Of a stretch of DNA of 64,000 nucleotides, positions 1 through 9,795 are shown piece after piece (the first letter of the stretch is position 1; each line of letters begins with the position of its first letter). A program made the position numbers and the translations under genes. Source of the stretch: Myxococcota bacterium (GTDB taxonomy: Bacteria > Myxococcota_A > SURF-8 > G963663525). The DNA lies in NCBI GenBank assembly GCA_963676915.2, contig CAXXVK010000053.1, positions 64,001 through 128,000 of the forward strand, given 5' to 3'. The notes under the pieces are model-generated. The model had not been told where the DNA came from. It searched no databases and worked only from the letters and a program-made list of their open reading frames with translations.

Positions 1-50
1 AAACTTTCTGCCGAAATGTGTTGGATAAATCGAGCGGAAGGAGGCGGAAC

Positions 51-980
51 ATGCCGATACTGACCATAGAAAATCTAAGCAAAACGTTCCGTTCGGATTT
101 TCTCGTCCGACGAATCGAGGCCGTCAAAAACCTGAGTTTCGACGTCAATCAAGGGGAAGTCTTCGGCTTTGTCGGCCACAATGGTGCAGGAAAAACGACG
201 ACGATCAAAATGCTGGTGGGTCTGACGTTTCCATCCGAAGGGAAAATAACGCTGTTCGACCAACCGGCAAACAACCCAGCCATTCGCAATCGGATCGGTT
301 TTTTGCCGGAACGTCCCTATTTTTACGAATACCTGACTCCTCGTGAAGCGCTTCGGTTTTATGCCGACCTGCATGGTGTTCCGGCCAGAAAGCGTAATGA
401 GAAAATCAAAGAACTACTCGATCTCGTGGGACTTGCGAAACACGAAAATCTTCGTATGAAAGCCTTTTCGAAAGGAATGCTTCAACGCCTCGGCATGGCG
501 GCTACTCTCGTGCATGAACCGGAACTGGTCATCTTAGACGAACCGATGAGTGGTCTCGACCCTCTCGGACGCGCCGACATGAAAACGATCATTCGCATGT
601 TGAAGCAACAAGGGAAAACCATTCTCTTTTCTTCCCACATTCTTTCGGATGTGGAAGAACTTTGCGACCGCGTAGCCCTGATCGCTCACGGAAGCCTGAA
701 AGCCCTTGGAACCATTGACGAATTGACATCCTCGTACGGAAGCGGCCACGTCGAGTTCGTCGTTTCGGACAATCTCGACGACGAAAAACGCCAAAAACTG
801 GGTTCCATGGGACTCGAAAGCGAAGCGGTGAAAAACGGATTCAAAATCATGGTGGAAGAGGAACGCAAAAACGAAGTACTCGACCTGTTGCGTTCCATGG
901 AGGCCGATATTCTAAGGTTGGGAGTCAAACATACCTCGTTGGAAGATCTTTTCGTCGCCAGCACAAGGAGGGAATCATGA
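51..980 (+). CDS. ABC transporter ATP-binding protein (ABC-2/PilH-like)
   Basis: Walker A GHNGAGKTT, signature FSKGMLQR, Walker B LVILDEP, H-loop SSH. AGGAGG RBS before ATG 51 (track ORF starts at 18). Confidence 0.9.
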   Translation: MPILTIENLSKTFRSDFLVRRIEAVKNLSFDVNQGEVFGFVGHNGAGKTTTIKMLVGLTFPSEGKITLFDQPANNPAIRNRIGFLPERPYFYEYLTPREALRFYADLHGVPARKRNEKIKELLDLVGLAKHENLRMKAFSKGMLQRLGMAATLVHEPELVILDEPMSGLDPLGRADMKTIIRMLKQQGKTILFSSHILSDVEELCDRVALIAHGSLKALGTIDELTSSYGSGHVEFVVSDNLDDEKRQKLGSMGLESEAVKNGFKIMVEEERKNEVLDLLRSMEADILRLGVKHTSLEDLFVASTRRES

Positions 981-1768
981 GAAAGATTTTGATTCTCACT
1001 TTGAATACTTTTCGTGAGGCCGTGCGGGATAAAATCCTGTATACCCTGATCTTTTTCGCCATCCTGTTTTCATTCGCCAGCATTCTCATGGCCACCATAT
1101 CGTTGGGTGAAAACAAACGAATGCTGATCAACATGGGTCTGGCCAATATCGAAATTTTCGGCACGTTGATCGCCATTTTCGTCGGCATCAGCTTGGTTTA
1201 CAAAGAATTGCAGCGACGAACGATCTACACGATCGTTACCCGTCCAATTTTCCGTTACCAATTTTTACTGGGCAAGTACTTCGGATTGTTGCTGACGTTG
1301 GCCGTACAGATTCTGCTGATGCTAGCCGTTGTGGTGTTCAACCTGGCTATTTTCGGTGGGTTGGAACGAATTCCGGATGTTTTGAAAGCACTTTGGTTGA
1401 TATACCTCGAACTGGCACTGATTACCGCCGTAGCCACGCTGTTTAGCGCGTATTCCACTCCGATCCTTTCCGGTATGTTCACGTTGGCCTTTTACCTGAT
1501 CGGCTCGACCAGCTATTACCTTTCCTGGCTGCTGGACGGCTCGACCGACCGCGTGACCGGTCAGATACCGGAATCTATCCAATGGCTCATCAAGGGGCTT
1601 CAGGTGATTCTGCCGGACTTCTCCCTGCTCAACATCAAAGCTCAGGTGGCGCACCAGATCGAGATTCCGTGGGACTACATGCTGCATTCCTCGCTTTATG
1701 GCATAAGCTACTCTGTGGTGGTTCTCGTACTGGCCATTTTCATCTTTTCACGCAGGGATCTAAAATAA
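977..1768 (+). CDS. ABC-2 type permease (PilI-like)
   Basis: ATGA overlap with the ATPase. About 6 TM segments; N-terminal NTFREAVRDK, KELQRRTIYTIVTRP and C-terminal FSRRDL motifs. Confidence 0.85.
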   Translation: MRKILILTLNTFREAVRDKILYTLIFFAILFSFASILMATISLGENKRMLINMGLANIEIFGTLIAIFVGISLVYKELQRRTIYTIVTRPIFRYQFLLGKYFGLLLTLAVQILLMLAVVVFNLAIFGGLERIPDVLKALWLIYLELALITAVATLFSAYSTPILSGMFTLAFYLIGSTSYYLSWLLDGSTDRVTGQIPESIQWLIKGLQVILPDFSLLNIKAQVAHQIEIPWDYMLHSSLYGISYSVVVLVLAIFIFSRRDLK

Positions 1769-1778
1769 GGGAACATCC

Positions 1779-2432
1779 ATGGCCAATCCCCCCGCTTCCA
1801 AACGCTCCGATGTCACCGGAATCAGCGGGAAATTCCGCCCGGCCATCGAATTTGCCCGTGATCGGCTGAAAAAAGCCGATCCGGCGTTTCGGGCGTTTCA
1901 AGCCGGTGTGGATTTCGACGACCATGCGTTTCGTTTTTCTTACCTCGGACGAGTCGCTGAGGTATCTTTTCCCGAAGGCGAATGCCTCCTTGACGGTCAA
2001 CCCGCTTCGGGCGTTCATAGCGTTCTTTTGCTGCACTACGTATTGCAGGGAAAGGATATTTCGCCCTCGGGACGTTGGATTTCCTACCGGGAACTTCCCG
2101 ATTCCAGCGCCTACGAAGCCGCGTTTCTCTCTCGTGGACCGCATCTCGTAGCAAGCCATTTCGGCAACAACCCCGAAGAATTTGAACGCTGCACCCAAAC
2201 GATGGGCGGAGAGCGAATGGACGAGTTGCCCGGTCTGGCCTTCCGTTTTGCAGCCTTGCCCCGGATTCCTTTGGCTGTGATTCTTCATCCCGGCGAGGAA
2301 GGTCTTCCAGCCGGAGGACAGATGCTGTTCGACGCCACCGCCCCCCTGATCTGGGTGGCCGAAGATCTGGCGGTTCTGGGAGAAGTCGCCGCTACTTTCT
2401 TGTGCCGTTGCACGTCATCGAGAAGTGAATGA
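1779..2432 (+). CDS. DUF3786 domain protein
   Basis: LLLHY, WISYRELP, ALPRIPL...EE.LPA...LFD...EDLA pattern typical of DUF3786. Confidence 0.75.
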   Translation: MANPPASKRSDVTGISGKFRPAIEFARDRLKKADPAFRAFQAGVDFDDHAFRFSYLGRVAEVSFPEGECLLDGQPASGVHSVLLLHYVLQGKDISPSGRWISYRELPDSSAYEAAFLSRGPHLVASHFGNNPEEFERCTQTMGGERMDELPGLAFRFAALPRIPLAVILHPGEEGLPAGGQMLFDATAPLIWVAEDLAVLGEVAATFLCRCTSSRSE

Positions 2433-2447
2433 GCTTGATGGTTTTGC

Positions 2448-2476
2448 TTGATTTGTCCGTGGCACCTGCCTATACT
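2448..2476 (+). promoter_or_regulatory. sigma70-type promoter for ORF 2500
   Basis: TTGATT-17 nt-TATACT, followed by GGAGG and ATG 2500. Confidence 0.6.
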
Positions 2477-2499
2477 CGCGCCAGCAATGGAGGTATGCC

Positions 2500-2991
2500 A
2501 TGGAGCTAGAAGCCTACGAAATCGTCGAACGCCTGGGAGAAGACAAATTCTCCGAGATTTTCAACGGTTTGAGCCGTAAAATGCGCACCATGCTGGAAAG
2601 CATGTTCACGAAAAAACGCAAAGGCCGAATGGTCAGCCTGAAGTCCCGCAAAAAAGGCAAGGGTCAAGCGGTAAAACAGGTCTGGCGAGGACTTCAAGAC
2701 GAAAACGCCAACCAATACGCAGATGAAATCCTGCGGGCCTACTTTTTCGAGCATCGCGACCTGCTCAAAACGGCGCTGGACTTTTTCGAAATCCCGAACG
2801 AGGACGGTATTACCAACCAGGAACTGACCGCCCTCGAACAGGCAGACACCGAAACATTGCAAAAATTATTCGATGAGCTGAAATCCAAGGACTTTTCGGT
2901 GTTGGATATTTCTCTGTACTTCGTATTCCTCAAGGCGGAACATGCTTTCGACCTTACGGAAGTCCGCGAGATTTTCGACGTTCCCTCCTGA
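2500..2991 (+). CDS. hypothetical alpha-helical protein
   Basis: Has its own promoter and strong RBS, host-like codon use, motif LDFFEIPNEDG; no family recognised. Confidence 0.7.
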   Translation: MELEAYEIVERLGEDKFSEIFNGLSRKMRTMLESMFTKKRKGRMVSLKSRKKGKGQAVKQVWRGLQDENANQYADEILRAYFFEHRDLLKTALDFFEIPNEDGITNQELTALEQADTETLQKLFDELKSKDFSVLDISLYFVFLKAEHAFDLTEVREIFDVPS

Positions 2992-3195
2992 TTCGAGGAA
3001 GGAATCCTGTAGTAAGATTCAGTTTTCTTGGTGTGTTTTACTGAAAACTACAATGGTTTGGGAATTTGCAAAACGCACCTACGCCCCGACTTGTTAGGTG
3101 ATCTTTGCATAGACAAGGAATTATTAATTACAGAGGTTCGTTACCTAAAACAACTACCGATTAAATAATAACATTAACAAAATCATCCAATTCTA

Positions 3196-4194
3196 ATGCA
3201 CAACAGAAACGACTATTTCGATAACGCTCGTTTTATATTAGTTTTTTGGGTGATAATTGGGCATTTTTGGGGTGTGGGTATTTTTCAATACTGGAACGTC
3301 TGCCCAGGATTTCTGCGAAATTTTATTTACTCGTTCCATATGCCCTTAATTGCTTTGATTTCCGGTTATTTTTCAAAGAATGCAACTTCAGACAAGTTGC
3401 GCATCTATCTTAACCGCTTGTTAGTTCCTTTTGTGATTTTCCAAGTGCTTTACCTTCTTTGGTTTCAAATCCTAAAGGGGGAGATTGGTTCCATTCATTT
3501 ACAGCTAACCTATCCTTTTCATGGTCTTTGGTATTTATGGGCTTTGTTTTTCTGGCGAATTTTTACTCCATATATCGTTCAATTGAAACATCCCATCGTT
3601 ATTTCGATTTGTATCGCTTTGGCTATTGGGTATTTTTCCGATATCGGATTAAAATATGAAATTTCCAAATTGATTTGTTTTCTACCCTTTTATTTGATTG
3701 GTTTATATTCAGATTTCCGTCATTTCACATTTCTTGCAAATAAAAATTTTCAGATCCTTTCAATCTGCGTTCTTTCAACAAGCCTCTTTGCTTTCTATTT
3801 TTATATGCCTGAATTCTCCTATTGGTTTTATCTGAATTTACCATATTCTACAATGAAAGCCCCTGAAATCACAGCAGTATTTTACCGTCTCCTGATTTAT
3901 TGTATAATCTTTATAAATGGTATTTCTTTTTTATCCATCGTGCCGCACAGAAAGACATGGTTCACGAAGTATGGAAAATATACGATCTATCCTTACTTGC
4001 TGCATATGCCTATTCTTTGGCTGCACATGCAACTCCCCAACATATACACCATAGCTATGCTGAAAGCGTTGTTTGGTGATGTCGGGAATATCGTTTACAT
4101 CACAAGTGTGAGTGCTTTCTTGATGATCGCCCTGTCAACTCTCCCTGTACGAAATGTTTTCCGATGGATCGTCGAACCGAAATGGATCAAGTAG
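3196..4194 (+). CDS. acyltransferase family 3 (membrane O-acetyltransferase)
   Basis: RNDYFDNAR...IIGH, FIYSFHMP..ISGYF, LWYL and YPYLLH motifs; polytopic; visibly AT-rich. Confidence 0.9.
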   Translation: MHNRNDYFDNARFILVFWVIIGHFWGVGIFQYWNVCPGFLRNFIYSFHMPLIALISGYFSKNATSDKLRIYLNRLLVPFVIFQVLYLLWFQILKGEIGSIHLQLTYPFHGLWYLWALFFWRIFTPYIVQLKHPIVISICIALAIGYFSDIGLKYEISKLICFLPFYLIGLYSDFRHFTFLANKNFQILSICVLSTSLFAFYFYMPEFSYWFYLNLPYSTMKAPEITAVFYRLLIYCIIFINGISFLSIVPHRKTWFTKYGKYTIYPYLLHMPILWLHMQLPNIYTIAMLKALFGDVGNIVYITSVSAFLMIALSTLPVRNVFRWIVEPKWIK

Positions 4195-4203
4195 ATATCT
4201 GGA

Positions 4204-5253
4204 CTAAAACCGCGCCAGATGGTATTCGGTAACGCCGAAAAAGTCTTTCAGGACGTAGGTTTGGCCGTCGTCGTCCGTGACTTCCCCCTCAAACGTTCCG
4301 AATGGCTGGTGGTAGTCCGACAGGATCAGCCCCAGGTCGATGCGCTCGGCGCGTTCGCCGTTCGGCGTGAAGGCCAGCTTGCATTTACCATCGGTGGTTT
4401 CGATGCTCCAGGGCTTTAGAGTATCCTTGGGATCGAACGTAAACCTCACCCCGCTCCAGCCGCTGAGTTTGCCGTCCACCCACAATACGTTCTCGTTGTA
4501 GGTATCGTCGTTCTCGATCATGTTCTGCACGAGGTTGAGCGCGATCCGGCGACCGCTTTCGTCGAATCCCGCACAGGTGGCCCAGCGCCATAACGTATTG
4601 TAGGGATAATAGGTTTTCTGCACGTCGATCAACGCCGTGTCTCGTGCGGGGTCCAGAGTGACCCTACGGTCACCCAGTGCGAGTTCTCCCCGTACCGGCA
4701 CCGGCGCTTTGTGCGTGTAGAGCGGTCGATTCTCCGAGATCGGCAGCAAGGTTACGAGTGGTTGGATTTCTTCAAGGTTTTCCAGTAATTCCACGTCGGC
4801 ATGAATCCCCGGCTTGCCGCCTTTTCCGGCAATGTCGATCTGAATTCGATGCAGGCCGTCGTTCAGCCGGTTTTGAATCTCGATGTTGTACTTCCCGGAC
4901 GGATACGAGCAGTTTTCGGACCAAAGCTCCCTCGACAGGTGGGACGTTCCGCCGTGGGACTGCTTGTGGTACTCGGTGATTTCACCCGTGGCGCGATCCA
5001 GGATGTAACAGAAGGTCGAACTCATGTATCCTGTGTTGACCACCGCGAAGGCCAGGGAAAATTCCGGGTGGATGATCAGGTGATGTTGCCATTGTTTGAG
5101 GCGCATCCGGTTGACGAATTCCCGCCCCACCGGCAGGCCGAAGAGGTCGGTTTCCAGCAAATTCAGGTGCTTGAACGGTGTTTCGAAGCGTCCGAACGAA
5201 ACGACCCGGCCGTTTTCGACCGCTTTTTCCGGTGTGGGTTGCAGGGGCAGCAT
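4204..5253 (-). CDS. DUF2804 domain protein
   Basis: RLKQWQ, YTHK, W.WA, NENVLWVDG, YHQPFGTFEG and G.TE.H.ARF motifs. Confidence 0.8.
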   Translation of the reverse strand: MLPLQPTPEKAVENGRVVSFGRFETPFKHLNLLETDLFGLPVGREFVNRMRLKQWQHHLIIHPEFSLAFAVVNTGYMSSTFCYILDRATGEITEYHKQSHGGTSHLSRELWSENCSYPSGKYNIEIQNRLNDGLHRIQIDIAGKGGKPGIHADVELLENLEEIQPLVTLLPISENRPLYTHKAPVPVRGELALGDRRVTLDPARDTALIDVQKTYYPYNTLWRWATCAGFDESGRRIALNLVQNMIENDDTYNENVLWVDGKLSGWSGVRFTFDPKDTLKPWSIETTDGKCKLAFTPNGERAERIDLGLILSDYHQPFGTFEGEVTDDDGQTYVLKDFFGVTEYHLARF

Positions 5254-5272
5254 CGGGTATTCCTCCTGTGAT

Positions 5273-5959
5273 TCAGCGGGATTCAGAGTGTTTACGAGCG
5301 GTTTTCGTTGTGGAAGAAGCAGACGATTTCAGCGGAACGACGACTTTTTTTTCTGAGGTTTTTTTCTTTGAAACCGTTTTTTTCGGGGGATCTGCAATGA
5401 AAAACAGGCCGTGTTCGGTGATCAACTTGCCGTTGATACCGATTTTGGCGCTGATTTCCTGCTCTCCGCGTTGAGCAGAGGAAGACACGAAAATCCTCAC
5501 GGGATCGAAGGCCATATCCTCGGCGCTGAATTCCGCGTAATTGACGAAGATCCACTGGTCGTAGACTTCGATACGGCTGGGAATGATGTTTTCCGTACCG
5601 TATTTTTCTTTCAGTTCTTCCCCGTTTTTGAAGACGATCCGAATCGTGTTTTCCTGCTCTTTGTAGGCGAAAGGAGGAAAGATTCCCAACTGGTAGACCT
5701 TGCCTTCTTCATCGATCTCGGCTTCCTCTTCCTCGTCTTCGTCCGTTTCGGGTTCCTGTTCTTCAGGAAAGTCTGCAACTTCGGGTTCGTCCAGATCCTT
5801 GTCGGAATCACCGGGGGTTTCATTCGTATCAGGAGCGAGAAACGCCGAAGAGCAGCCCATGAAAAAGACCGCCAGCAGCGACGCAAGCCATAGTCGGACG
5901 CCTGCTTTCCCGGCTGAATGACGGGCAAGGAGTCCTGAAAAATGGAACGAAATCTGCAT
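5273..5959 (-). CDS. hypothetical lipoprotein with acidic linker and basic tail
   Basis: Lipobox-like FFMGC, D/E-rich tether, K/S/T-rich C-terminus; start uncertain. Confidence 0.6.
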   Translation of the reverse strand: MQISFHFSGLLARHSAGKAGVRLWLASLLAVFFMGCSSAFLAPDTNETPGDSDKDLDEPEVADFPEEQEPETDEDEEEEAEIDEEGKVYQLGIFPPFAYKEQENTIRIVFKNGEELKEKYGTENIIPSRIEVYDQWIFVNYAEFSAEDMAFDPVRIFVSSSAQRGEQEISAKIGINGKLITEHGLFFIADPPKKTVSKKKTSEKKVVVPLKSSASSTTKTARKHSESR

Positions 5960-6042
5960 CGTCTAGGCGGTCTTTCGAACGGGTGAAACATCCCTCGATT
6001 CTTGGTAGAAACCGAGGGATTGTATCAAGCCCTGCGTTTTTT

Positions 6043-8256
6043 TCAACCTTCCTGGGGTTGTTCGTCTTTCGTGCTGGCAGGTTCGTCTTCGTCGTCACGC
6101 TCTTTGGGTTTGATGACGTTTTTCAGTGCGTAAACCAGAATCGGGCTGGAAATGGCCAGCAGGGCATAGATCAACCACATGAATTCGGGGCCATTCCAGA
6201 AATTCCGTGCACCGGAAATCACATCGTCCAGCACGTTTTCCGGACAGTAGTTCGTCAACAGTTTTCCCGAGAGCCAGCCGTTGATCGGCTTTGCCAGGAA
6301 CATCGGCAGGGCGGCCAGACCCATGTAAGAGGCTTCCTGCCCTTTGGGGGCGATGGTCACGGTATATTCCGACAATCGCGGCGACCAGATGACTTCGCCG
6401 AAAGCGAAAATCACGATTTGCAGCAAAATCAGAATCAAGTACGCCTGACTCAGCGGGTTGTTTCGTACGGTGATATGCGCCCAGCTCATCAGCCCGCCGA
6501 AGAAAGCCATAAAGGAATTCCAGCCGTTGATGAAATACGTCGGGAGGTCGCCGAACACGGCAATGGCGGTTTGAGCAGGAATGACCAGCGCAAACATCGA
6601 CAGAGCCGAAACGGTGGTTCCGATCATAATCAGTTTAAACACCGAAAACTTGTTCAAAATCGGTATTGCCAGAATCAAACCGATCACGATGATTGTCGGG
6701 TTGATCGAGTTGAGCAATCCGATGGGGGCTTCCGCACCCATTACGCGGGTGTAGTATTTCGGCATGACGAGGAACTGGTGGGTAAATACCAGCCGGACTC
6801 CCAACAGCAGAATCAAAAACAGCATGAACCGCCAGAAGTGCACCTGCGTAACCACGCTCATGAACAATTCCTGCACTTCTTTGAACATGTTCGCCAACAT
6901 CGCGAAAAATCCTTCGTTTTCGGATTCGGCTTTTTTCTCGACCTCGGTTTTCTTTTCGGACAGGTCGATGACGTTGCCCTCGTCGTCGAGGTCGATGTTG
7001 GTTCGTAGCATGACCGAAGCCACGGTGCAGATGACGGCGAATACTCCGCCCCAGAGGAAAATCGATTCGTTGCCGTAGCTGGTACGTAAAAAGGCGATGA
7101 CGTAACCCGCCATGACGGCGGCGACGTTCATGGTCAGGTACTGGAAGTTGAAGCCGGTTCCGCTGGTCCGTTTGTTGGTGTAACGACGAATCGCCACGTA
7201 GATCGCCGGAACCATCATTGCCTCACCCAAAGCCATCAGTGCCAGCAACAGGATGACGTAGATTTTCATCAGATCCTGGATGCCGAACTTGGTTCGAAGT
7301 TCCGTATAGGCTTTGACGATTTCGATTATGCGCTGCTTGAGTTCCTCGCCTTGCAATCGTTCGATGGAGGGGGCGAACTTCTCTTTGAGGTCGGGGTAGC
7401 CGTTCACGAGTCCGACAAGGACGATTTCGCGGTAAATACCCGGACTGACTTTGGAATCCTCGACGACATCCAGTACAACGTTCCGTTTTCGGGCCATCGA
7501 AACCACGGCTTGCATGTCCGTCTGGTAATCGCCGGAAAGCGGTTTCTTTTCTTTCTCGAACAACCATTCAAACTGGTCTTCCAGCTCCATTTCGGCGAGA
7601 TTGTCTTCCTCCGGGTCGATGGATTTTTCCACCACCTTGTGCAACAGGCGTTCGAGGTAGATGGACTTGCCTTTGCGCAGTTCCCGATCGATATCTACGG
7701 GGAAACGTTTATCTTTGGCGAACGAGCGAATAGCCGTCATGATCTCGCCTTCGTCGGCGTATTCCTTCTTTTCACCGGTTGCGGCGTGGATTTTTTCCAA
7801 CAGAGCATTTTCGGCATCGCGACGTTGCTTGTCGTTTTGAGTGAAAGCGTGGTCACCGTAGTGCAACTCCACGATTTCCGTCTTGGCGGCGTTGACATCG
7901 AGCGAATTGTTGAGGTACCAATCCTCCAGAAACGAGGTGGTGCCGATACCGAAGCGGGTGGGAATGAGAATCGCCATCGAAAACACAAGGGCTTTCTTGA
8001 TGCCGATGACATCGATGATGAAACCGACGAAGAAAATCACGATCGAAATCGCCAGCGTGAACAGACCCACGAGGTTGCCGGTCCATTGATCGTCGAAACC
8101 GATGTTTTCGGTCAGATACAAGGTCAGAACGGTGATGAACGAGAAATAGGCCAGCATCTCGAAGAAATTAATCACCAGATTCAGCAGCCAGAATTCCCTC
8201 GGACACATTTTGAGAATTTTAAATTCCGCGAAATAGTTCTTTACCGCCTGCCACAT
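6043..8256 (-). CDS. MFS transporter (POT/PTR peptide-transporter-like) with large inserted soluble domain
   Basis: FFEMLAYF in TM1, GFIIDVIGIKKAL loop, LNSINP, FAFGEVIWSPR..EY...IAPKGQEASYMG. GGAGG RBS before ATG 8256. Confidence 0.85.
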   Translation of the reverse strand: MWQAVKNYFAEFKILKMCPREFWLLNLVINFFEMLAYFSFITVLTLYLTENIGFDDQWTGNLVGLFTLAISIVIFFVGFIIDVIGIKKALVFSMAILIPTRFGIGTTSFLEDWYLNNSLDVNAAKTEIVELHYGDHAFTQNDKQRRDAENALLEKIHAATGEKKEYADEGEIMTAIRSFAKDKRFPVDIDRELRKGKSIYLERLLHKVVEKSIDPEEDNLAEMELEDQFEWLFEKEKKPLSGDYQTDMQAVVSMARKRNVVLDVVEDSKVSPGIYREIVLVGLVNGYPDLKEKFAPSIERLQGEELKQRIIEIVKAYTELRTKFGIQDLMKIYVILLLALMALGEAMMVPAIYVAIRRYTNKRTSGTGFNFQYLTMNVAAVMAGYVIAFLRTSYGNESIFLWGGVFAVICTVASVMLRTNIDLDDEGNVIDLSEKKTEVEKKAESENEGFFAMLANMFKEVQELFMSVVTQVHFWRFMLFLILLLGVRLVFTHQFLVMPKYYTRVMGAEAPIGLLNSINPTIIVIGLILAIPILNKFSVFKLIMIGTTVSALSMFALVIPAQTAIAVFGDLPTYFINGWNSFMAFFGGLMSWAHITVRNNPLSQAYLILILLQIVIFAFGEVIWSPRLSEYTVTIAPKGQEASYMGLAALPMFLAKPINGWLSGKLLTNYCPENVLDDVISGARNFWNGPEFMWLIYALLAISSPILVYALKNVIKPKERDDEDEPASTKDEQPQEG

Positions 8257-8466
8257 CGTGTTCCCCTTCCTCCAAAATACGCACAGCTTGCAACGAATCA
8301 CCAAAGCTTTCACAATGCACCGCCATTGAGGTTGGCCCTCGGCGCATCAGAAAACGAGAAAGATCCGTAACCCGTCGAGATAAATAGGACTTACCACCTT
8401 TTAGGGTATTGCGGCAAGCAAGGGGAAGAAATTATTTGGAATTCAGGTGAGATACGAGGAGAAACC

Positions 8467-9459
8467 TCAGTCACGTTGCGCTCCGGTCGTTCGGACACAG
8501 CGCACCGCACCATCCTCATTCACGATGCCGTTGTGACTGATGGCACCATTGTAGAATGTTACAAGCCAGGCGCTGTTTTCGTCGTCGTCACGTAGAGTCG
8601 AAGACCAGTAGAAATTCATGCAAATACCTACGACGAGTTCCGGCCAGTAACAGCCTTTCTGTGGTCCCTGATCGTCTTCGCAGCCATCGCAAGCTACCGA
8701 ACGACAGGTCATTTCCAGGCAGTCGTCGTCATCGATGTTGCAGGCGGCACCGGTTTGCGTTTTCCAGCAATCGTTGATCAACGACCGCAACTCGGTAATC
8801 GACGGCAGCCGCCAGTCGTCGTAGCCGTCCTCGCTCAGTTCCTCGCAATAAGCGACGGCATCTTCCCAATTCATCGTTTCATCGGCAGGGGGATTCTGCC
8901 AGGTAAGTTCCTCGGAAGAATCGGGGTAAGGCTCCGGTTCGAAATCGGGAGCGGTAAGAACCCACGAAACGTACGAACCGACGTCCCCTCCCTGGTTTTT
9001 CAGAGCGCAGAGTAGATCGAAACTCTCACCCGAGGTGCTTTCGTCCCAGGCGATTTCTCCCGAAATGGTAACGAGGCGCTCGGCGACGTTCGTTTCGTGC
9101 TCGATCAGCAGATATGTGGACGCTTCTACGCCGTTGCGACTCGTTCCGAGAACGGTTTCCGTCACGCTATCGATATCGATCCCTTCATCCACTTTGAAAG
9201 AAATCGAAAAGCGTGGGGAGAGATCGAGGCCGGTTTCTGGGAACATGGTTTCGCCGATCAAAGGCCCGTTTTCGGAGGCATTCGGAAGAGATTTTTTGAC
9301 CTGGGTGGTGGGTTGATCGAAATCCAGGCAATCTATCAATCGATCGGCCAGCGCCTGAGCGACGGTTTCCGCGTCGAGTTTATCTTTGCAGGCGACTCCA
9401 ATAAAGAGACCTGTGACAAATAGAGTGAATACGATGATTCGTATTTTCATGACATCCAT
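8467..9459 (-). CDS. DUF1566 (Lcl C-terminal) domain lipoprotein
   Basis: Lipobox GVAC; LTWQ...MNWEDAVAYC...GYDDWRLPSITELRSL...YWSS...AW.V.F..G...VRCVR. Start uncertain (9459 or 9450). Confidence 0.8.
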   Translation of the reverse strand: MDVMKIRIIVFTLFVTGLFIGVACKDKLDAETVAQALADRLIDCLDFDQPTTQVKKSLPNASENGPLIGETMFPETGLDLSPRFSISFKVDEGIDIDSVTETVLGTSRNGVEASTYLLIEHETNVAERLVTISGEIAWDESTSGESFDLLCALKNQGGDVGSYVSWVLTAPDFEPEPYPDSSEELTWQNPPADETMNWEDAVAYCEELSEDGYDDWRLPSITELRSLINDCWKTQTGAACNIDDDDCLEMTCRSVACDGCEDDQGPQKGCYWPELVVGICMNFYWSSTLRDDDENSAWLVTFYNGAISHNGIVNEDGAVRCVRTTGAQRD

Positions 9460-9795
9460 CGCTCCCAGCCCGATACTACCAAGGCGAAATAAGCCTTTGC
9501 ACGTTTCAACATCTACATTCGACGGATCGGACAGAAAAAATCGTCGCCACATTTACGAAAAAAAGAGAAAACGAGATACCTATCCCAAAGGAATGAAAAC
9601 CTCTGAAAAAACAATACGCCTCTATCGTAAATCCCCCTCTCCGAAAAAAAGCAGGGATTGTACATATAGCATTGCTCCATTTTCGGGAACCCGAAAAGTG
9701 TAAACCAACGCTCGTATCAAATCAACCCTGTTCGTACTGGAACAAAGAAAAAAGGGCGTTTATCACAATCGTTGAAAAGAAGGCGTTTTCCGGCG

